A stretch of 50,341 nucleotides of DNA from Terriglobales bacterium (GCA_015655315.1 JAATFH010000513.1:1-50341); one strand, 5' to 3'; shown: positions 18,266 through 28,529, numbered from the stretch's first letter. A program made the numbers and translations. Notes: generated from the letters alone by a model not told the origin.

Positions 18266-19306
18266 ATGACTGTATACGAACTGAATCCGCTCACTGACTC
18301 ACGCTGGCCGGAGTTGCTCTCCCGGCATCACCAGGCGTCCATCTTTCACACGCGAGAATGGCTGGAGGCTCTACGGAGAAGCTATGGATATAAGCCTGTA
18401 GCCTTTACTACATCGAATGGAAACCAGCTAGCCAATGGTATGGTTTTCTGCGAGGTTCAGAGTTGGATTACTGGAAAACGTCTGGTGTCGATGCCTTTTT
18501 CCGATCACTGCCAGCCGCTCGCCGACAGCAATGAACTTCATGCCATCCTTGAACACCTGCAAACTCATCGCAGTAAAAAAGGTCTTCGGTACATTGAGCT
18601 AAGACCGCTGCCGCAAACTGCTGGATTAGAAAACGATACAAATTTTACCGCCGGCGAAAAATTCAGCTTTCAAAGAATTGATCTGCGCCCTGACGCTGAC
18701 GCCATCTATAAGAAATTTCACGACAGCTGCATTCGCAGAAAAATCAAGCGTGCGGGACGTGAGAATTTAGAGTACCAGTCCGGGAGATCCCCCGAATTAC
18801 TCGAGAAGTTTCGTCACCTTCTGCTGCTGACGCGCCGCCGTCACAAGCTGCCACCGCAGCCTGCTTCCTGGTTTCAAAATCTGGCTGACTGCCTGGGCGA
18901 TAAGATTACTTTTCATCTGCTCTCGAAAGACGCCACTCCTGTATCCAGCATCGTAACTCTCACTTATAAACAATCGATTATCTATAAATACGGCTGTTCG
19001 GATGCGCAGTTTAACAATATGGGAGGAACACCGCTGTTGTTTTGGAAGGTAATTCAGCAAGCCAAAGAGGAAAATCTGGAAGAGTTCGATCTGGGCCGCT
19101 CCGACTATGAAGATCCAGGACTCATTGCGTTCAAAGAACATCTCGGCGCCTTTTCTGCCGAGATACAGTACTACCGCAATCCAGCTCCTCGCTTAAAGCG
19201 AGAGTCAGCCGATCCAGGAAATTCGTTGGCTCGTCAAGCTTTGGCGCGGTTGCCCGACCCTCTGCTCGCGGGCGCCGGAGAACTTTTGTACAAGCACCTG
19301 GGCTAG
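18266..19306 (+). CDS. FemAB-like/GNAT family acyl- or aminoacyl-transferase
   Basis: SIFHTREW, LVSMPFSDHC, YIELR, RRKIKRA, FDLGRS, GLIAFKEHLGA. Confidence 0.85.
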   Translation: MTVYELNPLTDSRWPELLSRHHQASIFHTREWLEALRRSYGYKPVAFTTSNGNQLANGMVFCEVQSWITGKRLVSMPFSDHCQPLADSNELHAILEHLQTHRSKKGLRYIELRPLPQTAGLENDTNFTAGEKFSFQRIDLRPDADAIYKKFHDSCIRRKIKRAGRENLEYQSGRSPELLEKFRHLLLLTRRRHKLPPQPASWFQNLADCLGDKITFHLLSKDATPVSSIVTLTYKQSIIYKYGCSDAQFNNMGGTPLLFWKVIQQAKEENLEEFDLGRSDYEDPGLIAFKEHLGAFSAEIQYYRNPAPRLKRESADPGNSLARQALARLPDPLLAGAGELLYKHLG

Positions 19307-19319
19307 CGGTGACATTTCT

Positions 19320-20654
19320 ATGAACCAAGCTTTCCTTGATTATTTTCGCTGCCCGGCATCCTTCATAGATTTTCAACTCGCGGACGAACACCGTAACGGC
19401 CACCGACCAGGTTATTTTGAATTTGGCCCCGGCCTTGTCTGCTATGGAGTCGCCAGACAGGATGGAAGTAAAGAAACATCGGGCGCTCCACGTGACGTTC
19501 TCGAACAGGTTCGGATCGAGGGATCTACCTGCGTACTACCATTCGATCCTACAGAAGTTGCCAATAATCTCAGGTATGAACGATATGTAGACAGAACTCC
19601 TCCGCCTCTCTGGAAGAGTTCCATACGCAAACTTTACTATGCGATGCGCCCCGTCATGCCAGTTCCGGTTCGCCGTCATTTCCAGAGACAGTGGCTGAAA
19701 GGGTGGAAAACAAAGCCGTTCCCGCAATGGCCCGTGGACAAAACAGTTGACCGGATGTTCGAGACGCTCATGCGTCTGGCACTGCAGGCGTCACCTGAAA
19801 AGCGCATTCCCTTTGTATGGTTCTGGCCTGAGGGAAAAGCCAGTTGCGCCATCATGACGCATGATGTGGAGACCGCTGCGGGACTGCAGTTTGCTGGCGA
19901 ACTCATGAATATCAACGAATCGTTTGATATCCGGAGTTCCTTTCAAATCATTCCTGATGCGCGATATACGGTCACGGAAGAAGTGCTGTCGGCCATTCGA
20001 AACAGAGGTTTTGAGGTTAACGTTCACGATTTGAAACATGATGGCCATCTCTTCGACAACCACGACAAGTTCCTAGAGTCAGCGACTCGTATTAATGAGT
20101 TTGCTAAACGTTTTGGCAGCAAGGGATATCGTTCTGGTGTCCTCTATCGAAATCTGGAGTGGTACGACGCATTCAATTTCTCGTATGACATGTCTGTCCC
20201 CAATGTCGCGCACCTGGACCCTCAGCCAGGTGGCTGCTGCACGGTCATGCCATATTTCGTAGGCGACATTCTTGAACTCCCGGTCACTACGACGCAAGAC
20301 TACTCTCTCTTCAATGTTCTGCAGACATTCTCGCAGGATTTATGGCGTGAGCAGATCAGCCACATCATGCAGCAGCATGGCATGGTAAGTTTTATCGTCC
20401 ATCCCGACTATCTCAATACGTCCGAAGCAAGGGACGCCTATCGTGCCCTACTTCACCATCTCTCTACATTACGAGCAGAAGCGGAACTTTGGATCGCTCT
20501 CCCGAGGGAAGTTGATTCCTGGTGGCGGCAGCGGAACGCCATGAAGCTGGTGCCAGAGAAAAACAGCTGGCGCATTGAAGGCGCGGGTTCCGAACGCGCC
20601 AGAATCGCCTACGCAACATTAAAGAACAACAAACTAACTTATCAATTCGCATGA
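19320..20654 (+). CDS. Polysaccharide deacetylase-like (CE4/NodB fold) protein
   Basis: MTHDVE, VHDLKHDGH, GYRSG, YDMSVP, ELPVT, VHPDY. Confidence 0.75.
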   Translation: MNQAFLDYFRCPASFIDFQLADEHRNGHRPGYFEFGPGLVCYGVARQDGSKETSGAPRDVLEQVRIEGSTCVLPFDPTEVANNLRYERYVDRTPPPLWKSSIRKLYYAMRPVMPVPVRRHFQRQWLKGWKTKPFPQWPVDKTVDRMFETLMRLALQASPEKRIPFVWFWPEGKASCAIMTHDVETAAGLQFAGELMNINESFDIRSSFQIIPDARYTVTEEVLSAIRNRGFEVNVHDLKHDGHLFDNHDKFLESATRINEFAKRFGSKGYRSGVLYRNLEWYDAFNFSYDMSVPNVAHLDPQPGGCCTVMPYFVGDILELPVTTTQDYSLFNVLQTFSQDLWREQISHIMQQHGMVSFIVHPDYLNTSEARDAYRALLHHLSTLRAEAELWIALPREVDSWWRQRNAMKLVPEKNSWRIEGAGSERARIAYATLKNNKLTYQFA

Positions 20655-22645
20655 ATATCATGACCTATTTTCAATTGAAGCGAGTATTGAACCAATCCGT
20701 CTGGATAACACTTCTCTCTCTGAGTTTTATGGGAGCATGGCGAAGTGCGGCTGCGGCAGATGTTCTATTTATTGATAAATCGTCAGCGTCCTCGAACACG
20801 CTTCTACAGGTGAAAGTCGCGTCCAAGTTCTATGGGTTGGATGTAAATGCTGTCGTTCTTGCTGATGGTGGGCAACAAAGAGTGCTTGCGGCATTGAGCG
20901 ACCCTAAAACTGTTGCAGTGGTCGTTACCGCGGATGCGCTTCCTCTTCTGAACCGAACACTGATCCTGCAAAAAAACAGCCGCAAGATTCCGCTGCTGAT
21001 CGCTGGCATCAATGAAAACACGAGTGCTGCACTACTGAAGGACTGGTCGTCGGGAGCGATCATAAATTGCCAAAGATCATCTCTCGACGCAAATAACAAT
21101 TGGTATGCAGTCGCAAATGTGAAGGATGTCACGCGCCAGCTAGGCGGAATAAAACTGCCACTTTCGCAACGGGAAGTATCGTATCTGACCATCGACAGCA
21201 ATGCAGCGTCGCTCGTGGACGCCGTGCATGGAACCACCTCACTGCCGGTTTTCGTTCGTTCCACGATCAACGGCCAACAGATTTTCTTTGCAGCAGAAAC
21301 GCAGCCGATCGAAATTCCTGCCAGCGTCGATCCCTACCGTCAGCAGGCGCTGTTTGCGACTCTGGCTTCTCCGATGATCTTTCTGCACTACGCTGCGGGG
21401 GATCAGGCCTGGCATACGCCAGGCGACTACGCGAATTTTACGATTGACGATCTGTGGCTACGCGAACCCTACGGGCACGTGAACTATGAACAACTCCTCG
21501 ATGAAGCACAGAAGCACAACTTCCACGCTACTATTGCATTCATTCCATGGAATTTCGATCGCAACCAAACAGACATGATCTCCCTGTTTCGAGAGCACCC
21601 GGATCGGCTCTCCATCTGTGTACACGGAAATAATCACATTCACCAGGAGTTCGGACCGCTTGACAGTCACCCTCTGTCCAAACAAGTGGGAGACATCAAA
21701 CAGGGTCTGGCTCGAATGGAGAGATTCAGCCAACTGACTCAAATCCCTTATGATGCCGTGATGGTTTTTCCACACTCTGTCGCGCCCACGGCTACTTTTG
21801 CCGAACTCAGACGCTATAACTTCCTGGCAACGGCCAATTCTCTGAACGTTCCGTCTGACGCTCAGGCCCCTGGAGATCCAGAGTTCGCGCTACGTACAGC
21901 AACATTGAAGTTCGCGGATTTCACCAGCATGCGCCGCTACTCGGCGGAAACCGACATTCCTGAGGCACAACTCGCGATCGATGCCTTTCTTGGCAACCCT
22001 ATGCTCTTCTACGCCCACGAAAGCTTTTTCTCATCAGGCATGGGTGCATTCAACTCTACAGCGGACATTGTGAACAAGCTGCAACCCGATATGCAATGGC
22101 AAAGTCTAGGCTACATCGCGCGACATCTGTATCTTGAACGATTGCGCGACGATGGCAATTATGACATTCACGCCTATTCATCAACCATTGACGTCACCAA
22201 TACCCGCGGCTCCGAAACGGTATTTTCCGTTGATAAAGATGAAGATTTTACCTTGCCTTTGATAGTTCTCGTCGATGGTAAGTCTTATCCTTTCCAGAGG
22301 ATCGGCACACAATTGCACCTGGAATTGCCGATTGCCGGAGGAGCGACCCGGCATATAGCCATCAAGTATGGTAACGATCTGAATTTAGCGGCAACCGACA
22401 TTTCCAAACCATCTCTCAGAATCTGGGCCATTCGCACACTCTCCGATTTCCGTGATGATGTTGTTTCCAGAACGAGTTTGGGACGCCGCTTCATTCATTC
22501 TTACGCGGACAACGGACAACTGTGGAATCGATCGATCATAGCCATAATAGTGGGCTTGATGCTGCTATTGCTGCTTGTTCTGCGTCTGAGGAGGAAAAAA
22601 GCAGTGGTGTCTCATCATTCATCTATCGTCGAGCAGAACCAATGA
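20651..22645 (+). CDS. Exported, C-terminally membrane-anchored protein with a deacetylase-like (CE4/DUF2334-like) domain
   Basis: Signal peptide ending SAAAA. FTIDD, VHGNNH, VFPH, YAHE motifs. C-terminal TM followed by RLRRKK. ATGA overlap with the previous gene. Confidence 0.65.
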   Translation: MNIMTYFQLKRVLNQSVWITLLSLSFMGAWRSAAAADVLFIDKSSASSNTLLQVKVASKFYGLDVNAVVLADGGQQRVLAALSDPKTVAVVVTADALPLLNRTLILQKNSRKIPLLIAGINENTSAALLKDWSSGAIINCQRSSLDANNNWYAVANVKDVTRQLGGIKLPLSQREVSYLTIDSNAASLVDAVHGTTSLPVFVRSTINGQQIFFAAETQPIEIPASVDPYRQQALFATLASPMIFLHYAAGDQAWHTPGDYANFTIDDLWLREPYGHVNYEQLLDEAQKHNFHATIAFIPWNFDRNQTDMISLFREHPDRLSICVHGNNHIHQEFGPLDSHPLSKQVGDIKQGLARMERFSQLTQIPYDAVMVFPHSVAPTATFAELRRYNFLATANSLNVPSDAQAPGDPEFALRTATLKFADFTSMRRYSAETDIPEAQLAIDAFLGNPMLFYAHESFFSSGMGAFNSTADIVNKLQPDMQWQSLGYIARHLYLERLRDDGNYDIHAYSSTIDVTNTRGSETVFSVDKDEDFTLPLIVLVDGKSYPFQRIGTQLHLELPIAGGATRHIAIKYGNDLNLAATDISKPSLRIWAIRTLSDFRDDVVSRTSLGRRFIHSYADNGQLWNRSIIAIIVGLMLLLLLVLRLRRKKAVVSHHSSIVEQNQ

Positions 22646-23049
22646 GCACACGCATAAAGGCTGATAATAGGCATGAAAGACGGCTATTGTAACGCAGTGA
22701 ATCACCTGCTCGAAGTCTCGTACCAAGGGTAGTTTATGAAATCATGTAGAATTTTGGCAATTGACCCCATTTTTTTTGCTGCGATTCATTTCAATGACTT
22801 AGCATGATAATCAGTTGAGGTGTTCATTATTCCTTTCGCGAATGACGCTGTTTAGGCGTATTCTTATAATGGACGCCGCAACAATCATGTTGTGTCGGCG
22901 TTGTAATGCTGTCTCCACCGCACGGAGCTCTGCAACGCAGACCTGAAAGTGCAATTCCCAATCAACCCAGAACTGATCAATACCCAGGCAGTTTTGCGGT
23001 TCGGAGTAGGTCCCCCATATCCGAAAACCTTTTCATGGATATCCTATTT

Positions 23050-24417
23050 ATGTTTATGCGTAGCTTTAAATTTTCGATGTTAATAATGTTCTTCGCCGCT
23101 ACCACAGCGGTGAGTGTGGCCGCAAACTTTTACGTTCGCAAAGGAGCGACTGGAGCCAATACCGGAAGTGACTGGAACAATGCATGGAACGAGATGAGCC
23201 AGATCAACCTCTCGAAGGTCGCATGTGGCGACACGATCTGGTTAGCTGGCGGCACATATTCTACCCCGCTTACGCTGGCCAAGACTTGCACTTCCGCTTC
23301 TCCACTTTTAATCAAACGGGTGCTGTCTACAGACTCCGTCCCTGTCGCGGCTCCGGGATGGAATTCGTCCTACAATAGTCAAGTCATTATTAAAGATTCC
23401 GGCAATGTAGGTATCAGGCTGAACGGTATTACCTATGTTACAGTCGATGGCCGCGTAGGCGATGTGGCATCCGGGGTTAGTTACGGCATCTCAGTTCAAT
23501 GCTCATCCCAGACAAGCTGCGATGGTATCGACGACGGTAATCAAAACAATAACTACACGATTACGCACGTTGAAGTGTACGGCCCCCCATGCGTCATGGC
23601 GCAAAGCTGCAGCGGTAACGGAGCAAGCGGAATCAACCTCCCATACGGTGGAAGTGGATTTACCTATGACCATGTGTATATCCATCAATGGGGAGAAGCA
23701 ATACGGGCTGTTAACTGGACGAACGACACCATCCAGTATTCAAACATTTGCTGCACACATAACGATAATATTCAGCACGAGGATGTTATGTATGTCAATC
23801 CCCCCTTCAATAACGTAACGATGAAATACAACCGCATATGGCAATCACCGAATGACGGCATATTTTTTGACCAAGGCGGAGCCAATGGATTCTACTTTTA
23901 CGGAAACGTCTACTATCACTCGGGTGGGCAGCTGATTACATTTAAATCTGGATATACCAAGGCAACCAACATTTACTACTACAACAATGTTTTCGAAAAT
24001 GATGGAACCTATGGTGACTATCAACCAGGCTGGTTGGATTTTACCGGGGCAGACAGCACGAGCGGGGAGATGGCAAACAATGTCATGGAGAATATGTATA
24101 TCGTCTCGAGTCCACCCAATGCAAATCATAATGCCTACAGCATCAAAAGTGACAGTGATGGAGGAACCGGATCGATTTCCTACACTGCCGGCGGCCAATT
24201 TGTGAATGAATCGGCAAGTAATCCATCTGTAGCTGATTTTCATCTGACATCTGCGGGTGTATCCGCATTTGCCGCTGGAAAGACGCTTGCAGCGCCCTAT
24301 AATCTGGACCCTGACGGCACCACCCGGGGAACTGGCGGCTCCTGGTACATCGGAGCATACCAATCTCAAGCTTCAGGTCCGGCTGTACCAACGAACTTAA
24401 CTGGAGTCGTTCACTAG
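23050..24417 (+). CDS. Secreted right-handed beta-helix (pectin-lyase-like fold) protein
   Basis: Signal peptide, then ANFYVRKGATGANTGSDWNNAW and GDTIWLAGGTY. Asn/Gly-rich repeats; DFHL...IGAYQ tail. Start uncertain (23035, 23050 or 23056; ORF open from 22906). Confidence 0.75.
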   Translation: MFMRSFKFSMLIMFFAATTAVSVAANFYVRKGATGANTGSDWNNAWNEMSQINLSKVACGDTIWLAGGTYSTPLTLAKTCTSASPLLIKRVLSTDSVPVAAPGWNSSYNSQVIIKDSGNVGIRLNGITYVTVDGRVGDVASGVSYGISVQCSSQTSCDGIDDGNQNNNYTITHVEVYGPPCVMAQSCSGNGASGINLPYGGSGFTYDHVYIHQWGEAIRAVNWTNDTIQYSNICCTHNDNIQHEDVMYVNPPFNNVTMKYNRIWQSPNDGIFFDQGGANGFYFYGNVYYHSGGQLITFKSGYTKATNIYYYNNVFENDGTYGDYQPGWLDFTGADSTSGEMANNVMENMYIVSSPPNANHNAYSIKSDSDGGTGSISYTAGGQFVNESASNPSVADFHLTSAGVSAFAAGKTLAAPYNLDPDGTTRGTGGSWYIGAYQSQASGPAVPTNLTGVVH

Positions 24418-24434
24418 AGCAATCCGCTTCACCT

Positions 24435-24472
24435 GGTGTTTCTTGGTCCCTTAACAGGAACCAAGAAACACC
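24435..24472 (+). terminator. Long stem-loop after the beta-helix gene (terminator or mRNA stabiliser)
   Basis: GGTGTTTCTTGGTcCCT-TAAC-AGGaACCAAGAAACACC: 17-bp stem with one mismatch, no immediate U-tract. Confidence 0.6.
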
Positions 24473-24709
24473 GATAACCGCGTCTGACGCGGATAGAACT
24501 GTACCGAAGCTACTTTGTTTTCTCACACTTTCTTGCTTACTTGGCCAGCGTGATAATGTCTTGATCCCTCCGCAAGACTGGCCTAAAATGTGATATAGCG
24601 CTAGTGTGGTTGCATGTACTCAGCCCCCCTTCTGAGTGCTATCGGTTGGTCTTAATTACGTAGGTCTTTCACCTCTCCCCCCTGGTTTTCTACGTCGAGG
24701 TCTCCCGCA

Positions 24710-26527
24710 ATGTACGAAACGGAAGCAAACTTAGGAATTGAATCGTCATCGCAGCTTTCTCCGGAAGCAATCGCGTCATTCGCGAACCTTCGGGGAAAGA
24801 TCGTAACGCGCACGGTTTTGCCATGGAGCGAGCATTGCACCGAATGCGCATGGCCAACCTGTTATTCGACGTGCGACATGTATAGCCCCAGGGAAGATAA
24901 AAGGTGTAGACGATTCGTTGACGGCATGGTGCGAATCGACTGCCCGACAGCAGTGAACGGCTACATACTCAAGATCCGTTTCAAGCAATGGGGAAAGTTG
25001 TGGACACCAGGCAGTCTCAATCTCCACTCATCTGAAAAAGCCGCCCAAATGGAGACTCGCGACTATCGCATTGGCAAGACACTCTACCAGCTTCCATTGC
25101 CAAATCCAGTGAAAACTGTCGTAGTCAATAAGCGGTATAGCCTGAAGAAGCGCCTGGCGATGCGCGGTAATTCGACGCGACACGACAACCTGCCTACATC
25201 TTTTCTGCTGGAATGCTTCAATCCCATGGACAGTGCGATTGATCTTTCATTGTCGATTCGTTCATTCGGGACAGAAGGAAAAATCCCGTTCCAGAAACTC
25301 ATCCATATCAAGCCAGGATTTCACCTGGCGAGAATACCGATCTCAGAAATATCGAATGTTATCAACCTGGACATTCCGTTCAATGTCGAAGTGATCCCGA
25401 ACGAAATTGGTCAGGAAATATCCCTCTATTTTGGCCTGATGGACTTTGTTCAGGAGGTTCAACTTCCTGCGCCGAAGAGCCGCAAGATCAAATGTGTAGT
25501 CTGGGATTTGGACCATACGCTCTGGAATGGGGTGCTTGTAGAAGACGGCGTTAAAAATCTCCAGTTAAAGCCCGGCATCGTCAGTATTATCGAAGAACTT
25601 GATCGGCGAGGAATTATCCAATCCGTTGCCAGTAAGAATAATCACGATGAAGCGATGCAGGCTTTAAAGCATTTTCATCTTGATGATCTCTTCCTCTATC
25701 CGCAAATATCCTGGGGTCCAAAGGGAGAAGCCCTAAAGAAAATTGCGAGGCGACTGAACATTGGCATCGATACTTTTCTTTTCGTGGACGATTCAGAATT
25801 TGAGTTAAGGCAGGTAGAGTCGGTGTGCCCGGAAGTCCGTCTCCTCAATGCTGAGTTGTATTCTTCCATTCTGGAGATGGATGAATGCCGAACCCCAGTA
25901 ACTGCCGAAAGTATGGACCGCAGGAAGATGTACAAAATGGAACAGGAGCGGCAGGATAGCGCGGCGGTCTTCCAAGACGATTATCGAGCATTCCTGAAAC
26001 ACTGCAATATTAGGCTGACGATCCGCCAGTTAACTGAAGAGAATCTTGAACGCGTCCACGAGCTTACCCAGCGCACCAATCAAATGAATTTTTCCGGGAA
26101 CCGGTATGATCGGGAAGTCCTGCGAGAAGTTATGGAAACTCCATTTCTGGATACATACGTTCTCGCCTGCGAGGATCGCTTTGGCAGTTATGGAATTGTT
26201 GGGTTTGGAACAGTGGACAATCGCGAACCTCGCTTAATGGACTTGATGTTCAGTTGCAGGATCCAGTCCAAGCGAGTGGAGCATGCGTTCCTCAGCTATA
26301 TCATGAACAAATACCTCGATCGTACCGGCAGTGATTTTCATGCAAATTATCGAAAGACGCCGCGAAATTTGCCCTCAGGTCAGGTATTTGCGGACTTGGG
26401 TATGCAGGAAGCGGGTCTGGCGGATGGCGTAACCTCGTTGATATTTCCCAGGACAATGAAAGTACCTGACGATGAAATCATCACGGTAATTGTGCATGAG
26501 AACGAAACGCCTCTGGTACAGGTATGA
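24710..26527 (+). CDS. FkbH-like HAD-IIIC phosphatase/acyltransferase with a Cys-rich N-terminal extension
   Basis: KCVVWDLDHTLWNG, SVASKN, ISWGPK, LNIGIDTFLFVDDS, ELTQRTNQMN, DRFGSYG, FSCR. N-terminal HCTECAWPTCYSTC. Confidence 0.88.
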   Translation: MYETEANLGIESSSQLSPEAIASFANLRGKIVTRTVLPWSEHCTECAWPTCYSTCDMYSPREDKRCRRFVDGMVRIDCPTAVNGYILKIRFKQWGKLWTPGSLNLHSSEKAAQMETRDYRIGKTLYQLPLPNPVKTVVVNKRYSLKKRLAMRGNSTRHDNLPTSFLLECFNPMDSAIDLSLSIRSFGTEGKIPFQKLIHIKPGFHLARIPISEISNVINLDIPFNVEVIPNEIGQEISLYFGLMDFVQEVQLPAPKSRKIKCVVWDLDHTLWNGVLVEDGVKNLQLKPGIVSIIEELDRRGIIQSVASKNNHDEAMQALKHFHLDDLFLYPQISWGPKGEALKKIARRLNIGIDTFLFVDDSEFELRQVESVCPEVRLLNAELYSSILEMDECRTPVTAESMDRRKMYKMEQERQDSAAVFQDDYRAFLKHCNIRLTIRQLTEENLERVHELTQRTNQMNFSGNRYDREVLREVMETPFLDTYVLACEDRFGSYGIVGFGTVDNREPRLMDLMFSCRIQSKRVEHAFLSYIMNKYLDRTGSDFHANYRKTPRNLPSGQVFADLGMQEAGLADGVTSLIFPRTMKVPDDEIITVIVHENETPLVQV

Positions 26528-27309
26528 CGACCCTACGTTCTCGAATCGGCGAGGTGCGCCAACAATTTCTTTGCTCAGTACATTCGCGATCGGTCACTCT
26601 TGAGGATCAAGGCCCCTTTGTATCTTTCTGCTTTGATGATTTTCCGCGTTCAGCTTATCTTGCTGGAGGCGCACTTCTGAAGAGCTACGGGGCCCGCGGC
26701 ACATATTATGCAGCGCTGGGGTTGATGAACACTCGCAATGAGCTAGGTGATCAGCTGCGGCGAGAGGATATCGATTCCATTCTGACAGACGGGCATGAGC
26801 TTGGATGTCATACGTTTAGCCATTTTTCCTGTCGTCGGGTCCCACGAAGCCTATATGAGAGTGACGTGAGGAAGGGACGAGAGGCGATCCGCAAGATGAC
26901 GGGCGTCGACCCTGTGAATTTTTCTTACCCATATGGGCACGTAACTGCACATCTGAAGAAAATGATCGGTATGCAAATGAACAGCTGCCGCGGAATTTAT
27001 GCCGGACTTAATACGCTGAAGATAGACCTAAACCTGCTTCGGGCAAACAGCCTATATGGTGATATTGATCGCTTGCCCGATGCAAAAGCGCTTTTAAATG
27101 AAAGTCTCAAGCAACGCGGCTGGCTGATTTTTTACACCCACGATGTACGCCAGAATCCATCCCGGTTCGGCTGTACGCTGGCACTTCTCGAAGGGTGTGT
27201 GTCTTGGGCTATCGAGAACGGTCTCAGGATTGCAACAGTGAGAGAGGTGCTGGACACTGTGCAAAGGACAAATATGCAAAGCCACGCAACTTTCGCTAGT
27301 TCCAGGTAG
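26524..27309 (+). CDS. Polysaccharide deacetylase (CE4)
   Basis: SFCFDDFP, HELGCHTFSH, FSYPYG, FYTHDV. Confidence 0.9.
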   Translation: MTTLRSRIGEVRQQFLCSVHSRSVTLEDQGPFVSFCFDDFPRSAYLAGGALLKSYGARGTYYAALGLMNTRNELGDQLRREDIDSILTDGHELGCHTFSHFSCRRVPRSLYESDVRKGREAIRKMTGVDPVNFSYPYGHVTAHLKKMIGMQMNSCRGIYAGLNTLKIDLNLLRANSLYGDIDRLPDAKALLNESLKQRGWLIFYTHDVRQNPSRFGCTLALLEGCVSWAIENGLRIATVREVLDTVQRTNMQSHATFASSR

Positions 27310-27375
27310 ATTCCTCTTTCCCAATTAGTTATCTTGATCATGTTTCGTATTTTGAAGTAAAGGTGGAAATCTTCC

Positions 27376-28521
27376 ATGCAGTCTCCAAAGGTGAGCTTCG
27401 TAGTTCCCTGCTATAAGTTGGGACACCTACTTGCGGAATGCGTAAACTCGATACTCTCTCAGACGTACACTGATTTTGAGATTTTAATACTCGACGACAA
27501 GTCCCCTGATAACACGGCCGAAGTATCCAAGTCTTTCACAGACTCGAGAGTGACTTATATACAAAACCCAGAAAACCTTGGGAATCTCCGCAATTACAAC
27601 AAAGGTATTGGTCTGGCCCGCGGGAAGTATATATGGCTAATTTCCGCAGATGACTTCTTGATACGACCATACGTATTAGAGCGCTATGTAGGCTTGATGG
27701 ATTCCAATCCACATGTTGGTTACACATTTTGCCCAGGCATTCGTTTAAAGAATGGCAAAGAAGCCGGAGTAACGGGGACTTACGGTGAACGTGATTGCGT
27801 TATCAAAGGGCAGGCGATGCTGAAAGCACTTTTCGACCGTAATTTCGTGCTCGCGGCATCCGTTATGGTACGTCGAGAATGCTATGAGACAATCGATGTT
27901 TTCCCACTGAAAGCGGAGTGGGGCGGCATTCCGGTGGATATGAAGTGGCTTGGAGATTGGTATCTCTGGTGTGTCTTCGCACTAGCATACGATGTAGGTT
28001 ATTTCGCTGAACCAATGGTGTGCTATAGAGAACATGACTTAAGCATGAGTAACAGCATCACCCAGAAAGAGATTGTTCAGTCTTGTGCGGATTCAGACAT
28101 CGGGATGCTCTGGATGATGAGACAAAAAGCTATAGGTGCCAAGTCGACCAGAATAGCCGAGGACTGTATGCTTGCTATCAAAAATGAGTACCGTCAACAG
28201 GCTATAGGAAAGCAGTTCCGCGCTTCGACATATACGATGAGCTTGAGCCATCTTGAAGAATCGCTTCATCGAAGCACAAACAATGAGATCGAAAGAAACC
28301 GGATCCGTGCCTTCTTTTTTGACGGAGTAGGCGATCGGCATCTGTCCTGTCAAGAGGAGTCCACGGCAAGGCATTTCTATTTATCAAGCCTGAGGAAGGA
28401 TCCCCGCCTGATTAAGGTATATGCGAAGCTTCTGCTTCTTTCATTTGGTAAGCCAGGAGCCTATCTGCGGAGGATGGTTGGCGGTCTTCGTAGAGTATCA
28501 TCTGGACTTCGCGCCGTATAA
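27376..28521 (+). CDS. Glycosyltransferase family 2
   Basis: VSFVVPCY, SILSQTYTDFEILILDDKSPD, ISADD, GDWYLW. Confidence 0.92.
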   Translation: MQSPKVSFVVPCYKLGHLLAECVNSILSQTYTDFEILILDDKSPDNTAEVSKSFTDSRVTYIQNPENLGNLRNYNKGIGLARGKYIWLISADDFLIRPYVLERYVGLMDSNPHVGYTFCPGIRLKNGKEAGVTGTYGERDCVIKGQAMLKALFDRNFVLAASVMVRRECYETIDVFPLKAEWGGIPVDMKWLGDWYLWCVFALAYDVGYFAEPMVCYREHDLSMSNSITQKEIVQSCADSDIGMLWMMRQKAIGAKSTRIAEDCMLAIKNEYRQQAIGKQFRASTYTMSLSHLEESLHRSTNNEIERNRIRAFFFDGVGDRHLSCQEESTARHFYLSSLRKDPRLIKVYAKLLLLSFGKPGAYLRRMVGGLRRVSSGLRAV

Positions 28522-28529
28522 GGGAGGGA

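Noticed and set aside
22520-22645. TM plus basic tail as a PEP-CTERM or sortase signal
   Set aside because: No PEP or LPxTG motif before the helix, and 15 residues follow the basic cluster. Treated as a plain membrane anchor.
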